From positions 421-64,420 of the forward strand of contig JACQVI010000079.1 in the NCBI GenBank assembly GCA_016209795.1: a stretch of DNA of 64,000 nucleotides, read 5' to 3'. This document shows, piece by piece, positions 20,952 through 31,482 of this stretch (the first letter of the stretch is position 1; every line of letters begins with the position of its first letter). Under the pieces are notes generated by a model. The model was not told the origin of the DNA and did not search any database. It was given only the letters and a program-made list of their open reading frames with translations. The stretch comes from Ignavibacteriota bacterium. Lineage in GTDB: Bacteria; Bacteroidota; Ignavibacteria; UBA10030; SZUA-254. The translations under genes and the position numbers were made by a program.

Positions 20952-21932
20952 ATGAAAGAGTCTAATGCAGTGAAGCGAGCGTTGATCACGGGAATTACTG
21001 GACAAGATGGTTCATATCTTGCTGAGTTTCTTCTTCGGAAGGGATATGAAGTGTATGGCATGGTGCGTCGTGCCAGTACAGAGAACTTTGAACGTATCGA
21101 ACATATCCGCCACAAAATTCAGCTTCACCAAGCGGATTTGTTGGATCAGCTTTCACTCATTGAACTCATCAAAGAGGTAAAGCCGCAAGAAGTGTATAAT
21201 TTAGCATCGCAGTCGTTTGTTCCCACGTCATGGATCCAGCCGGCACTGACAGGTGAATTCACAGCTCTTGGCGTGACGAAGATGCTCGAGGCAATTAAGC
21301 TTGTTGACCCTAAGATTAAATTCTATCAAGCCAGCAGCAGCGAGATGTTTGGTGATGTTCGTGAGACTCCACAGAATGAGAATACACCGTTTTATCCTCG
21401 CAGCCCCTACGGTGTCGCGAAAGTCTATGGCCACTTTATTACGATTAACTACCGTGAGAGTTACAAGATTTATTGTGTGTCGGGAATTCTGTTCAACCAT
21501 GAGTCTCCACGGCGTGGGAAGGAATTTGTTACGAGGAAGATTTCTGATGGTGTTGCTCGCATCAAACTGAAGCGTTCAAAAGAATTGCGGCTTGGCAACC
21601 TTGACGCACAGCGCGATTGGGGATATGCCGGCGATTACGTGAAAGCAATGTGGATGATGCTCCAAAACAACCAGGCAGAAGACTACGTTATTGCAACAGG
21701 GGAATCTCACAGTGTACGGGAATTTGTCGAACTCGCCTTTAAGCATGTCGGCTTAGACTGGAGGAAATATGTCGTTGTCGATAAATCTCTCTATCGTCCA
21801 GCAGAAGTTAACCATCTTCGTGGAGATTCTTCAAAGGCGAGAAAACAACTTGGCTGGAAACCTGAGGTCTCCTTTAAAGAACTCGTCATCATGATGGTTG
21901 ACGCCGATATAGAGCGACTCCACAACGAATGA
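20952..21932 (+). CDS. gmd: GDP-mannose 4,6-dehydratase
   Basis: ALITGITGQDGSYLAEFLL Rossmann motif and SDR catalytic region typical of Gmd. Confidence 0.85.
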   Translation: MKESNAVKRALITGITGQDGSYLAEFLLRKGYEVYGMVRRASTENFERIEHIRHKIQLHQADLLDQLSLIELIKEVKPQEVYNLASQSFVPTSWIQPALTGEFTALGVTKMLEAIKLVDPKIKFYQASSSEMFGDVRETPQNENTPFYPRSPYGVAKVYGHFITINYRESYKIYCVSGILFNHESPRRGKEFVTRKISDGVARIKLKRSKELRLGNLDAQRDWGYAGDYVKAMWMMLQNNQAEDYVIATGESHSVREFVELAFKHVGLDWRKYVVVDKSLYRPAEVNHLRGDSSKARKQLGWKPEVSFKELVIMMVDADIERLHNE

Positions 21933-21948
21933 CCCCCCTCTGTCATCT

Positions 21949-22917
21949 ATGAATGTTCTAGTGACGGGTATCGATGGATTTGTTGGTAGCCACCTTGCTG
22001 AAGCCCTCCTGAAGCTCCCTGCGGTACAACTGTTCGGCATAGTTCGTGACCAGTCTTCTCTTGGACATATCGAGCATATCAAAGAGAAGATAACCTGTAT
22101 CGAATGCGATATTACAAGTAGTCGTCAAGTTGAACAAACGATTGCTTCCGTCAGACCAAGCAAAATCTTTCACCTGGCGGGTCAAGCATTTGTTCCATTT
22201 TCAAAGGAGCACCCTTACGAAACATTCCAGGTGAACATCATGGGTGTCGTTAATATTCTTGAAGCGGTACATCATTTGTCATCCAGTGACCGTGCATCGT
22301 GTTCCGTGCTCGTCGTTGGTAGCGCTGAAGTCTATGGTGCAGTTCCAGTTGATCGATTACCGATAGAGGAAACAATGCCTTTGAATCCTGCAAATCCGTA
22401 TGCTGCCAGTAAAGCCTGTGCTGATTTACTTGCGCAGCAGTATCGCACTGCATTTAATCTTGATGTTGTCGTTGTTCGACCCTTCAATCATCTTGGTCCA
22501 CGGCAGAGCGAACTCTTTGTAGGCTCTGCCTTAGCAAAACAAATTGCAGAGATTAAAATTGGAAAAAGCCCACCCACATTGCTTGTTGGGAACATAGATC
22601 CAGAGAGAGATTTCACTGACGTCAGAGATGTTGTGCAAGCGTATATTATGCTTCTTAATGCTCAGCGCTCTCATGCGGTCTATAACGTTTCTTCCCAAAA
22701 AGCAATCTCAATACGAGAACTCATTCATTCACTCTGTGAGACTGGCGGAGTCAACGTAAACATTGTGTTGGATAAGAATCGCCAGCGAGCTAATGACATA
22801 CCAAAAATTCTTGGTAGTGCACAGAGGCTCAGGTTAGAAACCGGGTGGAGACCGCAGATTTCTCTACAGGAGACACTTCGGGATCTTCTGCGCTATTGGG
22901 AGGAGCGGGTCGGTTAA
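21949..22917 (+). CDS. NAD-dependent epimerase/dehydratase, probably GDP-4-keto-6-deoxy-D-mannose reductase (Rmd-like) or GDP-fucose synthase
   Basis: VLVTGIDGFVGSHL Rossmann motif. It lies directly downstream of gmd. Confidence 0.6.
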   Translation: MNVLVTGIDGFVGSHLAEALLKLPAVQLFGIVRDQSSLGHIEHIKEKITCIECDITSSRQVEQTIASVRPSKIFHLAGQAFVPFSKEHPYETFQVNIMGVVNILEAVHHLSSSDRASCSVLVVGSAEVYGAVPVDRLPIEETMPLNPANPYAASKACADLLAQQYRTAFNLDVVVVRPFNHLGPRQSELFVGSALAKQIAEIKIGKSPPTLLVGNIDPERDFTDVRDVVQAYIMLLNAQRSHAVYNVSSQKAISIRELIHSLCETGGVNVNIVLDKNRQRANDIPKILGSAQRLRLETGWRPQISLQETLRDLLRYWEERVG

Positions 22918-22977
22918 CCATCATGAGTAATCCATCTTATCCGTTATAAGAATACCGTTATCCTCACTAGTCAGAAG

Positions 22978-23961
22978 ATGAAATCTGATATTACAATAGC
23001 GTTCATCTCGGCATTTCATACTCCATTCATTCAGGACGATCTGGAGATATTGGAAAAACATTTCCATGTTCGTAAACTGATCGGCAGTGGTATTCTTCAT
23101 GTGTTCAGAATCATTTTAGGCGTTCTGCGGTCTGATGTCGTTTTTTGCTGGTTTGCATCGGTCTATGCATTTATGGGTGTTGTAGCTGGAAAGGTCTTTG
23201 GTGTGAAGTCAATCGTTATCGTTGGAGGTGTCGATGCAGCGAAAGACAAAGAGTTAGACTATGGTATCTGGTTAAGCCCATGGAGAGCGGTTTTAGTGCG
23301 GTATGTTTTTAGAAACGCAGAAAAAGTTCTTGTCGTTGATCCATGTCTGAGGGATGAAGCAATACGTCTTGCTTCATACGATGGGAACAATATTATGTAT
23401 GTCCCCACTGGGTATGATAGTAATTTTTGGAAGTTTATTGGAGAGAAACAGCCGTTTGTGTTGACGGTTGCTGTCGTGCGTGACAACAGAAACATTCTTC
23501 GGAAGGGGATTGATCTTTTGATAGAAGCAGCGCGTCAACTTCAGCAAATTCAGTTTACCGTCATTGGTGTAGAACCTAACATTGTACTTCCCTTACGCCC
23601 CCCATTGAATGTAACCTTTCACGCTCTCATGCCGCGCAGTGATCTGTTGCCTTTTTACCAACAGGCGAAAGTGTATTGTCAGCCTTCACGGCGAGAAGGG
23701 TTACCCAATTCGCTTTGTGAGGCAATGTTATGTGGCTGCATTCCTGTTGCAACTAATGTGAGTGGTAATCCCACTGCAATCGGTGATGCCGGTATTCTTA
23801 TCTCATCAGGTGATATTCAAGCTCTTGTCAGTGCTCTTCAGTTTGCGATGACTTTAGATGATAGTATTGCAACTAAAGCACGAATGCGTGCGGTCTCTCT
23901 TTTTTCCCAACAGAAGCGTGTCAATGAATTGCTTCGACTCGTTAAGGAATTAACTCGGTGA
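22978..23961 (+). CDS. glycosyltransferase family 4 (GT-B)
   Basis: C-terminal EGLPNSLCEAMLCGCIPVAT E-x7-E-like motif. Confidence 0.7.
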   Translation: MKSDITIAFISAFHTPFIQDDLEILEKHFHVRKLIGSGILHVFRIILGVLRSDVVFCWFASVYAFMGVVAGKVFGVKSIVIVGGVDAAKDKELDYGIWLSPWRAVLVRYVFRNAEKVLVVDPCLRDEAIRLASYDGNNIMYVPTGYDSNFWKFIGEKQPFVLTVAVVRDNRNILRKGIDLLIEAARQLQQIQFTVIGVEPNIVLPLRPPLNVTFHALMPRSDLLPFYQQAKVYCQPSRREGLPNSLCEAMLCGCIPVATNVSGNPTAIGDAGILISSGDIQALVSALQFAMTLDDSIATKARMRAVSLFSQQKRVNELLRLVKELTR

Positions 23962-25352
23962 AACGCTTTTCTCAGAATTTTCTTTCCATCATCTCCAGTG
24001 ACATTGGTCGGCGATTGTTAGGCTTTCTCGCCGTCACGTATCTTGCTCGCACAGTAGGAACTGCGAATTTTGGCGCAATCAATGTTGGATTTACTGTTCT
24101 TTCGTATGCCCTGATGGCAAGCTCTGGAGGGCTGAATTCTTTCGGAACCCGTTCAGTAGCTCAAGGTGCGCTACCAACAATCGTTAATGATATTCTTAGT
24201 GTCCGCCTCATTACCTCAAGTCTATCCTTTGGAATTGTTGCATTCATTGCTTTTTACTTTGTTCCGAATAAGCTCACTGCAACGTTAATCGTTCTCTTCA
24301 ATGTGTCACTTTTTGTTCAGGCAGTTCTTTTAGAATGGTACTTTCAAGGTCGAGAAGAGATGACGATGATAGGATTTAGCAGAGTAGCCTCTGCAGTTCT
24401 CTATCTTTTCCTCCTTCTGCTTGTTGTCCAATCTGCAGAAAACCTTTTGTGGGTCGCACTTGCATCTGTTGCCGGTGATACGCTTGCGGCTGCTATCTTG
24501 TATTTTACCTTCAAACGAAAGCAGTCTGATTTTCATTTTATCTTCAACCTTTCACGTTGGAAATCGTTATTCATAGAAGCTTTTCCAATTGGACTTGGAT
24601 CGATGATGGCACATTTCAGTGTAAACTTGGCGCCGCTTGCGTTAGGGATCCTCATGACAAATTCAGATGTTGGAATCTACAGTGCAGCCTCTAAATTAAT
24701 CTTTTTCCTCTTGATGTTTGATCGAGTGCTGTCAACGCTGCTTTTGCCAGCATCATCACGGCTTCACATCTATTCACCAGATCAACTCTCACGGGTGCTG
24801 AGCACAGCAATGAAATGGATTATCCTGATTGCATTGCCCGTGTGTATTGGTGGAACTCTCCTTGCGGATACCATAGTTCCGTTGGTCTACGGCCGACAAT
24901 ATCTCCCCGCAGTTGATATCTTTCGCATCCTTATTTGGTACCTCTTGTTCACAATGCTCCACACAATGTACAGTATTGGACTTTTAGCCATTGGAAAAGA
25001 AAAAATTTACAGTAAGGTAATGGTCATAAGCATGATGCTGTACGGAGGGACAATCATCTTGGGTATCATGTTTTTCGGTGTTGCAGGTGCTGCTCTTGGT
25101 GTGATGGTGTCTGAGTTTGTTACACTCTGCTTGATGCGTCTTGAGTTTGAACGCTTAGTAACGCTGTCGCTGCCTGAAGGTACTGCCAATGTAGTCGCAG
25201 CGACATTGCTAATGGGTGTTGTGCTTCTTGTTTTACCTTCAATTCACATCGTTCTCTCGATACTGATCGGCAGTACGATTTACTTCGTTACATTATTTGC
25301 AACGCGAGCTATCACGTTTGAGGAGATTACTACTCTACTAAGGCGTGTCTGA
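23958..25352 (+). CDS. wzx: polysaccharide/O-unit flippase (Wzx, MOP superfamily)
   Basis: 464 aa with about 12 TM helices. GTG start overlaps the upstream stop. Confidence 0.6.
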   Translation: MKRFSQNFLSIISSDIGRRLLGFLAVTYLARTVGTANFGAINVGFTVLSYALMASSGGLNSFGTRSVAQGALPTIVNDILSVRLITSSLSFGIVAFIAFYFVPNKLTATLIVLFNVSLFVQAVLLEWYFQGREEMTMIGFSRVASAVLYLFLLLLVVQSAENLLWVALASVAGDTLAAAILYFTFKRKQSDFHFIFNLSRWKSLFIEAFPIGLGSMMAHFSVNLAPLALGILMTNSDVGIYSAASKLIFFLLMFDRVLSTLLLPASSRLHIYSPDQLSRVLSTAMKWIILIALPVCIGGTLLADTIVPLVYGRQYLPAVDIFRILIWYLLFTMLHTMYSIGLLAIGKEKIYSKVMVISMMLYGGTIILGIMFFGVAGAALGVMVSEFVTLCLMRLEFERLVTLSLPEGTANVVAATLLMGVVLLVLPSIHIVLSILIGSTIYFVTLFATRAITFEEITTLLRRV

Positions 25353-26908
25353 TGGTTCTGAAGGTTGGTATTATGGGGAACGGCAAAGGTTGGGAACTGC
25401 TCCTGCAGCAGGAGGGAATTCCGTATGAGCGTATCGTCGATTTCCCGTTGTCCCGAGAGACGTTCAGTGTTATTGTTGTAGGTGATCAAATTACACCAAG
25501 CTCACTGGAGGCGGTTCGAAGGTATTTGACAGGGGGTGGTGCGATATTGTGCTCAGGTAGAGTATATGCTCTCTTATGCAACGAGCGTTCTACCGAAACG
25601 TTCGTGAGGTATCTCTGCGAAGAGCCTCATTCTCATTTTCAGGGTGTTGGGTTGGTAAATCTCCAAAAAGTCTGTCATCTTCCTTGGAATGGAAGTGACC
25701 TGCGAACAGACGCTGGAGCGTTTTCGGCATTCATCGGCACATATGGAGAGGGTGCGATCATTGCTCTACCGTTTGATGCTGCTGAATTCATTGTTGACCG
25801 GCGGACTGCGATGAAATCGTTTTATGCACACTCAAAACGGCTCCCGTTTGAAAAAGTTTCCCTGGTGCCTAAGCGCGGCATCAGGAGGCTTGTGAGACGC
25901 TCGCTCGAAATTCTTCACCATCGCCGAGGTCTTCCTTATGTCCACAAATGGTTTTATCCGGACGATCAACGAACAATTTTTGTTTTCCGTATCGACACTG
26001 ATTGTGCTACCCGAGAGGAAACGGCGGAACTGTACAAACTCTCTCGAACATACAACATACCCTGCACGTGGTTTGTGGATGTCAAAAGTCAGGAACACCA
26101 TCTTTCAGTTTACCGTGAAATGGAAGGTCAAGAAATTGGCATCCACTGTTTTGATCACCACCTCGCCAACGATGCAAAAAGCTACAACCAGGATATCCGG
26201 ACAGCGATAGAGATCTTTCATTCTAGGAATTTGAAAGCCATGGGATACGCTGCTCCATATGGTTTTTGGAGTGAGAGCCTTGCAAACGTCATTGAGACGT
26301 TCGGTTTTGATTATTCCTCAGAATTTTCTTATGACTATGATAATGTTCCATCATATCCAATTGTTAACAACGAGTTCTTGCAGACATTGCAAATCCCGGT
26401 GCATCCAATTAGTATCGGGAGCCTTCGTCGTCAAAGCTTTACCGAGCAAGAGATGGTAACTTACTTTCACGAGCACCTGCACGCAGCAATCAGTGCACGA
26501 GAACCGCTCATTATCTATCATCATCCTAAGAATAATTACCTTCGAGTCGTGGAATCCATCTTCAAGTATATCCAGGAACATCACATCCGTTCCATGAGGA
26601 TGATTGATTTTGCTCTCTGGTGGAAACAGAGAAATGGCTCCCAATTGCATGTTGAAGCAGAAAATGCAAGCCTCCATATTAATGCGGACACACCTTGTGA
26701 CAATATTGCACTGCGGATAACAAGAGGAGACGGAACAGAAGCCTTTACATCAATTTGCTCAACGATTCACCTCGAAAACCTGATCTGGCAACCGATTCCA
26801 AAGCCTCTGCCAGTTCCAGACGATGTGGTGAGAGTAACAAAATTCAATCCCTGGATTCTGGTAAACCACTTTGAAGATTTTATCTTCAAACTTCTAAGAT
26901 CGAGGTAG
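25352..26908 (+). CDS. polysaccharide deacetylase (CE4/NodB-like) family protein
   Basis: NodB-like motifs FRIDTD, IHCFDHH and AAPYGFW. Confidence 0.5.
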   Translation: MVLKVGIMGNGKGWELLLQQEGIPYERIVDFPLSRETFSVIVVGDQITPSSLEAVRRYLTGGGAILCSGRVYALLCNERSTETFVRYLCEEPHSHFQGVGLVNLQKVCHLPWNGSDLRTDAGAFSAFIGTYGEGAIIALPFDAAEFIVDRRTAMKSFYAHSKRLPFEKVSLVPKRGIRRLVRRSLEILHHRRGLPYVHKWFYPDDQRTIFVFRIDTDCATREETAELYKLSRTYNIPCTWFVDVKSQEHHLSVYREMEGQEIGIHCFDHHLANDAKSYNQDIRTAIEIFHSRNLKAMGYAAPYGFWSESLANVIETFGFDYSSEFSYDYDNVPSYPIVNNEFLQTLQIPVHPISIGSLRRQSFTEQEMVTYFHEHLHAAISAREPLIIYHHPKNNYLRVVESIFKYIQEHHIRSMRMIDFALWWKQRNGSQLHVEAENASLHINADTPCDNIALRITRGDGTEAFTSICSTIHLENLIWQPIPKPLPVPDDVVRVTKFNPWILVNHFEDFIFKLLRSR

Positions 26909-26917
26909 TTAATCGTC

Positions 26918-27793
26918 ATGGAAGTCTTAGCACATTGTCCCATCTGCAATTCCGAGCGACAGAAACCTTTTCTTACATGTATTGATCATCTTGTCTCCAA
27001 AAAGGAGTTTCCTATTGTTCAATGTGTTGAGTGCGGTTTTAGATTTACCAATCCAAGACCGAGTAGGAACGAAATAGGTGAGTACTATAGATCAGAAAAA
27101 TACATTCCACATTCAACCATGAAAAAAGGATTCCTGACCTACGCTTATCACCTTGTACGAAGATATACCCGCACTAAAAAGCTTCGATTGATTTCTACCT
27201 ATTACAAACAAGGAAACCTTCTTGATATTGGATGTGGCACGGGAGAGTTCCTTGATCGTTGTCGGAAAGCAGGCTTTACAACCGTAGGAATAGAACCCAA
27301 TCTTGAAGCGCGAAATTACGCGATGAAGGTTTATAAACTGGATGTTCGTGACGAAGGAGCTCTCAACGACCTCAACAACTCTTCGTTTGAGGTCATTACA
27401 ATGTGGCACGCCTTGGAACACATGCACAAGCTGAATGAAATGGTCATCGAGATCTGTCGGCTACTCAAACCTAACGGAACGCTCTTTATTGCCGTACCGA
27501 ATTGCACCTCAATGGATGCAGCAATTTACAAAACATATTGGGCAGCCTACGATGTACCGAGGCATCTGTATCACTTCACTCCAGCGGACATCACGAAGTT
27601 ATTCGAAAAACATTCCATGAGGATTGAGTCAATTCTTCCAATGTGGTTCGATAGCTTCTACGTCTCCATGATGAGCGAAAAATATAAGAAGGGCATGATG
27701 ATACGAGCATTGTGGAATGGGTTTCGTTCCAATCTGGCAGCTCTCAGAACACGCCAGACGTTTTCAAGCCAGCTGTATGTGATAAAGAAATGA
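26918..27793 (+). CDS. class I SAM-dependent methyltransferase with N-terminal zinc ribbon
   Basis: CPICNS...CVECGF zinc ribbon. LLDIGCGTGEF motif I. Confidence 0.7.
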   Translation: MEVLAHCPICNSERQKPFLTCIDHLVSKKEFPIVQCVECGFRFTNPRPSRNEIGEYYRSEKYIPHSTMKKGFLTYAYHLVRRYTRTKKLRLISTYYKQGNLLDIGCGTGEFLDRCRKAGFTTVGIEPNLEARNYAMKVYKLDVRDEGALNDLNNSSFEVITMWHALEHMHKLNEMVIEICRLLKPNGTLFIAVPNCTSMDAAIYKTYWAAYDVPRHLYHFTPADITKLFEKHSMRIESILPMWFDSFYVSMMSEKYKKGMMIRALWNGFRSNLAALRTRQTFSSQLYVIKK

Positions 27794-28808
27794 ACGCCTT
27801 GATTTCTGAAAATGTTTTCTTTCTTCGAACATAGTACAAAAGAACAATATTTTTTTGAAGTACTCCTGTGATATTAGGAGTTCTCACCTTATGGATAATC
27901 TCTTTCCTTTTTTTGAATGTGTGCCTCAGGTGAACAACGACATAAGCGTAAGCTTTCATGACACTAACATAATCAGCGAAATGACCCTCGAACGCAAACT
28001 TCAACCCTGCTAAGCTGTCCAACAGTATTCTTGAAGCGATGACAAACATCAAGCGGTATGCGGGGACATTCTTCAAAAGCAGTGTTATGCTGTTTCTGAA
28101 GTTGAGATATGTCTTTTGTGGATTGGTCTTAGAAAGCGTTCCTCCGCCGATATGGTACACAGTAGAACGAGGGCAGACCATGATCTTATATCCCATGTTT
28201 TTCCAGCGCCAACACAAATCGATTTCCTCCATGTGTGCAAAGAAATCGTTATCAAACCCCCCCGACTCGTTGAATACATTTGCTCGTATAACCATGCAAG
28301 CACCACTTGCCCAAAAGACTTCCTTAGAATCATCGTACTGCCCTTTATCTTCTTCGACAGTGTTAAATATTCTGCCCCTGCAAAAAGGATAACCATATTT
28401 GTCAATGTACCCACCCGAAGCACCTGCATATTCGAATTTTTCTCTATGGGTATACGATTTGATTTTTGGTTGACAAGCAGCTACTGTAGGATCATTATCC
28501 AAAAGCTCAATGAGTGGCTCAATCCATTCTGGTGTGACTTCGACATCAGAATTGAGCAATACGTAGTATTCGTAGTCGAGTTGTTGTAAGGCATCGTTGT
28601 ATCCCTGAGCAAAGCCAAGATTTTCAGGAAATCTTATAATCTTCACTTCTTTGAAATTTGTTTGAATGAAACTGACGGAATCATCATGGGAACCATTATC
28701 CACGACGACGATATCTGCAATGCGGTGACTGTGAGTGATGACGGAAGGAAGGAATTGCTTGAGATATTCCTTTCCATTCCAGTTTAGAATGACGACTGCA
28801 ACTCTCAT
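27744..28808 (-). CDS. glycosyltransferase family 2
   Basis: VVILNWNGKEYL and DNGSHDDS (GT-A DXD region). Confidence 0.8.
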   Translation of the reverse strand: MRVAVVILNWNGKEYLKQFLPSVITHSHRIADIVVVDNGSHDDSVSFIQTNFKEVKIIRFPENLGFAQGYNDALQQLDYEYYVLLNSDVEVTPEWIEPLIELLDNDPTVAACQPKIKSYTHREKFEYAGASGGYIDKYGYPFCRGRIFNTVEEDKGQYDDSKEVFWASGACMVIRANVFNESGGFDNDFFAHMEEIDLCWRWKNMGYKIMVCPRSTVYHIGGGTLSKTNPQKTYLNFRNSITLLLKNVPAYRLMFVIASRILLDSLAGLKFAFEGHFADYVSVMKAYAYVVVHLRHTFKKRKEIIHKVRTPNITGVLQKNIVLLYYVRRKKTFSEIKAFISLSHTAGLKTSGVF

Positions 28809-28996
28809 TGAATGTTAGCCCAATATAACGAGAGGTGCTACAATTTGCAACACTATGATATTGGTAGAATGATTGGTAATTTTTATCTTATGTCACTATA
28901 TTCATGACAACATGGTGACTCTATAAAAGGTAACAACGATGAGCTTATTTATTGTCTATTCAAATCTAAAATCCCAAATCGCAAATCAAAAATAGA

Positions 28997-30034
28997 GTGA
29001 ACATCTGTCTTGCTACATACCAATCTGCCGTTTTGCTCAAAGGAGGACCTCGTACACAAATTTTTCAGACGAAGCGTTGTCTGGAAGAGCTTGGTGTCAA
29101 CGTTACACTCTTCGAGTCCTGGCAAGAATTTCGTGCGGATAAGGTTGACTTGATTCATTTGTTCGGTGCTAACATCGGTACGTACCATTTGGCACGTGAA
29201 ATACACAAGCTCGGTGTTCCGATGGCAGTGACGCCGATTTTTTTTAGTAGGCATGCTGTGCCATTTCTTCGAGTTGTTACTGGCATTGATGGACTTGTAC
29301 GACGATTTGTAAGAGGCACCTGGATAGATTATGGTCTAGTTGCTGATATCTGTTCGTGGGCAAGAGTGGTACTTCCGAACACGAAGCGGGAAGCTTATCT
29401 TCTGGAGAAGGGACTCGGTGTTGATAAGGATAAGATTACTGTTATTCCTAACGGTGTGGAAGAGCGATTTTACTATGGCGATCCAGCACTTTTCAAACAA
29501 CAGTATGAAGTTGATAATTTTGTTCTCAATGTAGGGCATATTGGTCCGGGAAGAAAAAATGTACTCCGCTTGATCCGCGCATTAGAAAAAATCAATGTAT
29601 CCGCTGTCATCATCGGGAGGATTGAACATAATGAGTATGGTCGCCGGTGTTGTGAAGAAGCAAAGAAAAACCCACGTGTGCTCATCTTGGATACCATTCC
29701 CAATGAATCCGATCTTCTTCCATCAGCCTATGCTGCCTGTGATGTGTTTGTTCTGCCTTCGCTGTTTGAAACCCCCGGAATTGCAGCACTCGAAGCAGCC
29801 CTAGCCGGTGCTAAAATCGTGATCTCAAAACATGGTGGAACGGAGGAATACTTCGGTTCACACGCAGAGTATGTTGAACCGACATCAGTTGAGCTGATTC
29901 ATCATGGCATTGTTACAGCACTTAACAAGAAAAGGGACGGCACTCTTCGCGAACGTATGAGAAAAGAATTTCTATGGGAGCGAGTAGCCGCACAAACAAG
30001 GGATGTGTATGAAAACGTTCTTACTTCCAGATAA
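28997..30034 (+). CDS. glycosyltransferase family 4
   Basis: C-terminal FVLPSLFETPGIAALEAALAGAKIV motif. Confidence 0.7.
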   Translation: MNICLATYQSAVLLKGGPRTQIFQTKRCLEELGVNVTLFESWQEFRADKVDLIHLFGANIGTYHLAREIHKLGVPMAVTPIFFSRHAVPFLRVVTGIDGLVRRFVRGTWIDYGLVADICSWARVVLPNTKREAYLLEKGLGVDKDKITVIPNGVEERFYYGDPALFKQQYEVDNFVLNVGHIGPGRKNVLRLIRALEKINVSAVIIGRIEHNEYGRRCCEEAKKNPRVLILDTIPNESDLLPSAYAACDVFVLPSLFETPGIAALEAALAGAKIVISKHGGTEEYFGSHAEYVEPTSVELIHHGIVTALNKKRDGTLRERMRKEFLWERVAAQTRDVYENVLTSR

Positions 30035-30818
30035 TCGACACCGGAGAAAGTTTGTCGTCTTCATTTCGACGCTGTTGATAGCCGGATGTGGGTCTTCGCC
30101 GCTCTCACGCTATCCAGATTTTCCTGAGCGGAAAAAGAGTATACAAATAGCTACTGTTATGATAGATTGCAGCATCGTGGAAGCGATCCTTGGGGATACA
30201 GATAAAGTAGATCTTCCGAGGAATCGAGAGATTGGAACGATGTGCCTAAATTTATTTGCAGGAATGCTCAACCAAAAGGACTATCATGTAGAAAAAACAT
30301 TCCTCTCTTCAATAGGCATGCTTATGAAACCCGACCGCGTCAGCAGAGTCGTGCGAACTCAAGAAGATCAACACCTTGATAATGAATTACTCCCGATCAG
30401 TTCTCCTCCGTTCTATATACATGAAGCGTATGGCAAAGATTCCCTTGGTAAACGTGCTCTTGCGGCGGTATATATATCATTGATAGGGACAATGAAGCAG
30501 GAAGGGGAAGCCAATCCCATTATTCCTGAAGCCACTCTTTTTCAGAATGAAGCAGGGGACGGTGTGCTGTTCATCGTGATGGTTGGAGGCATTGAGGTAC
30601 CAGCAAGCAAACAATTTGGTGAGAGAACTGTTTCCAGGAGCCAAACAGAACCTGCAGTAGCGATCCAGCCGATCACGCAAGTTTCGGTGTTCTTGTTTGT
30701 TATTGATACAAAAAATGGTGAAGTCATATGGGATGACCATATCTTCAAGAAGGGCGGTACAATTTATCCGGAAAAGATTCTCAAAATGGCGGGTCATCTT
30801 ATTGAAAATTTACCTTGA
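30003..30818 (+). CDS. hypothetical lipoprotein
   Basis: Lipobox LLIAGCGSS. No homology recognised. Confidence 0.4.
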   Translation: MCMKTFLLPDNRHRRKFVVFISTLLIAGCGSSPLSRYPDFPERKKSIQIATVMIDCSIVEAILGDTDKVDLPRNREIGTMCLNLFAGMLNQKDYHVEKTFLSSIGMLMKPDRVSRVVRTQEDQHLDNELLPISSPPFYIHEAYGKDSLGKRALAAVYISLIGTMKQEGEANPIIPEATLFQNEAGDGVLFIVMVGGIEVPASKQFGERTVSRSQTEPAVAIQPITQVSVFLFVIDTKNGEVIWDDHIFKKGGTIYPEKILKMAGHLIENLP

Positions 30819-30950
30819 CCCGATGTTGTAATGGTTTAATGTTGTATTGATATTGATGTTCTTCATTTGTATATTGCAATTCAGCTATTCACTATCATTT
30901 TAATATAATCCATGATATGTTAAACCAATCCATAAGGAAAGGAGAGTATT

Positions 30951-31409
30951 ATGGAAAACAATCGGACACAGTCAGCGTCAAAGAGTAGACCTACAACAAG
31001 GACTACCTCCACCAAAACAAAAACAATCAAACAGAAAGAATACATTGCCGCTCCACCTCAGGAAATTTATGATGCCCTCCTCGATGAAGAAAAACACTCA
31101 GCGTTTACTGGTGCACGAGCAACCTGTGATCGACGTGTCGGTGGAAAGTTCACTGCATGGGATGGCTATATTTTTGGAACCAACATGGTCCTTGAACATG
31201 GTCATCGTATTGTCCAGGAGTGGAAGACGACTGAGTGGCCCAACGGATACGGACCATCTATCATAGAATTTACGTTCAAGCCAAAAGTTAATGGTACGGA
31301 GATTCGCATTGTGCAGACAAACGTCCCCGCTTCTCAAGCTGCGTTATACAAACAAGGGTGGGCCGAACATTACTGGACACCGTTGAAAAAGTATTTTACA
31401 CGAAAGTAA
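30951..31409 (+). CDS. SRPBCC/AHSA1 (Aha1-like) domain protein
   Basis: Low-complexity N-terminus then an AHSA1-like fold (FTAWDGYIFGTNMVLEHGHRIVQEW). Confidence 0.55.
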   Translation: MENNRTQSASKSRPTTRTTSTKTKTIKQKEYIAAPPQEIYDALLDEEKHSAFTGARATCDRRVGGKFTAWDGYIFGTNMVLEHGHRIVQEWKTTEWPNGYGPSIIEFTFKPKVNGTEIRIVQTNVPASQAALYKQGWAEHYWTPLKKYFTRK

Positions 31410-31482
31410 ATCGAAAGAAAAAATTTTTATTTGCTATAGCTTGAGTTGGTAAGGAAGGCACTTAGTAACTTTTAGGTGTTGC

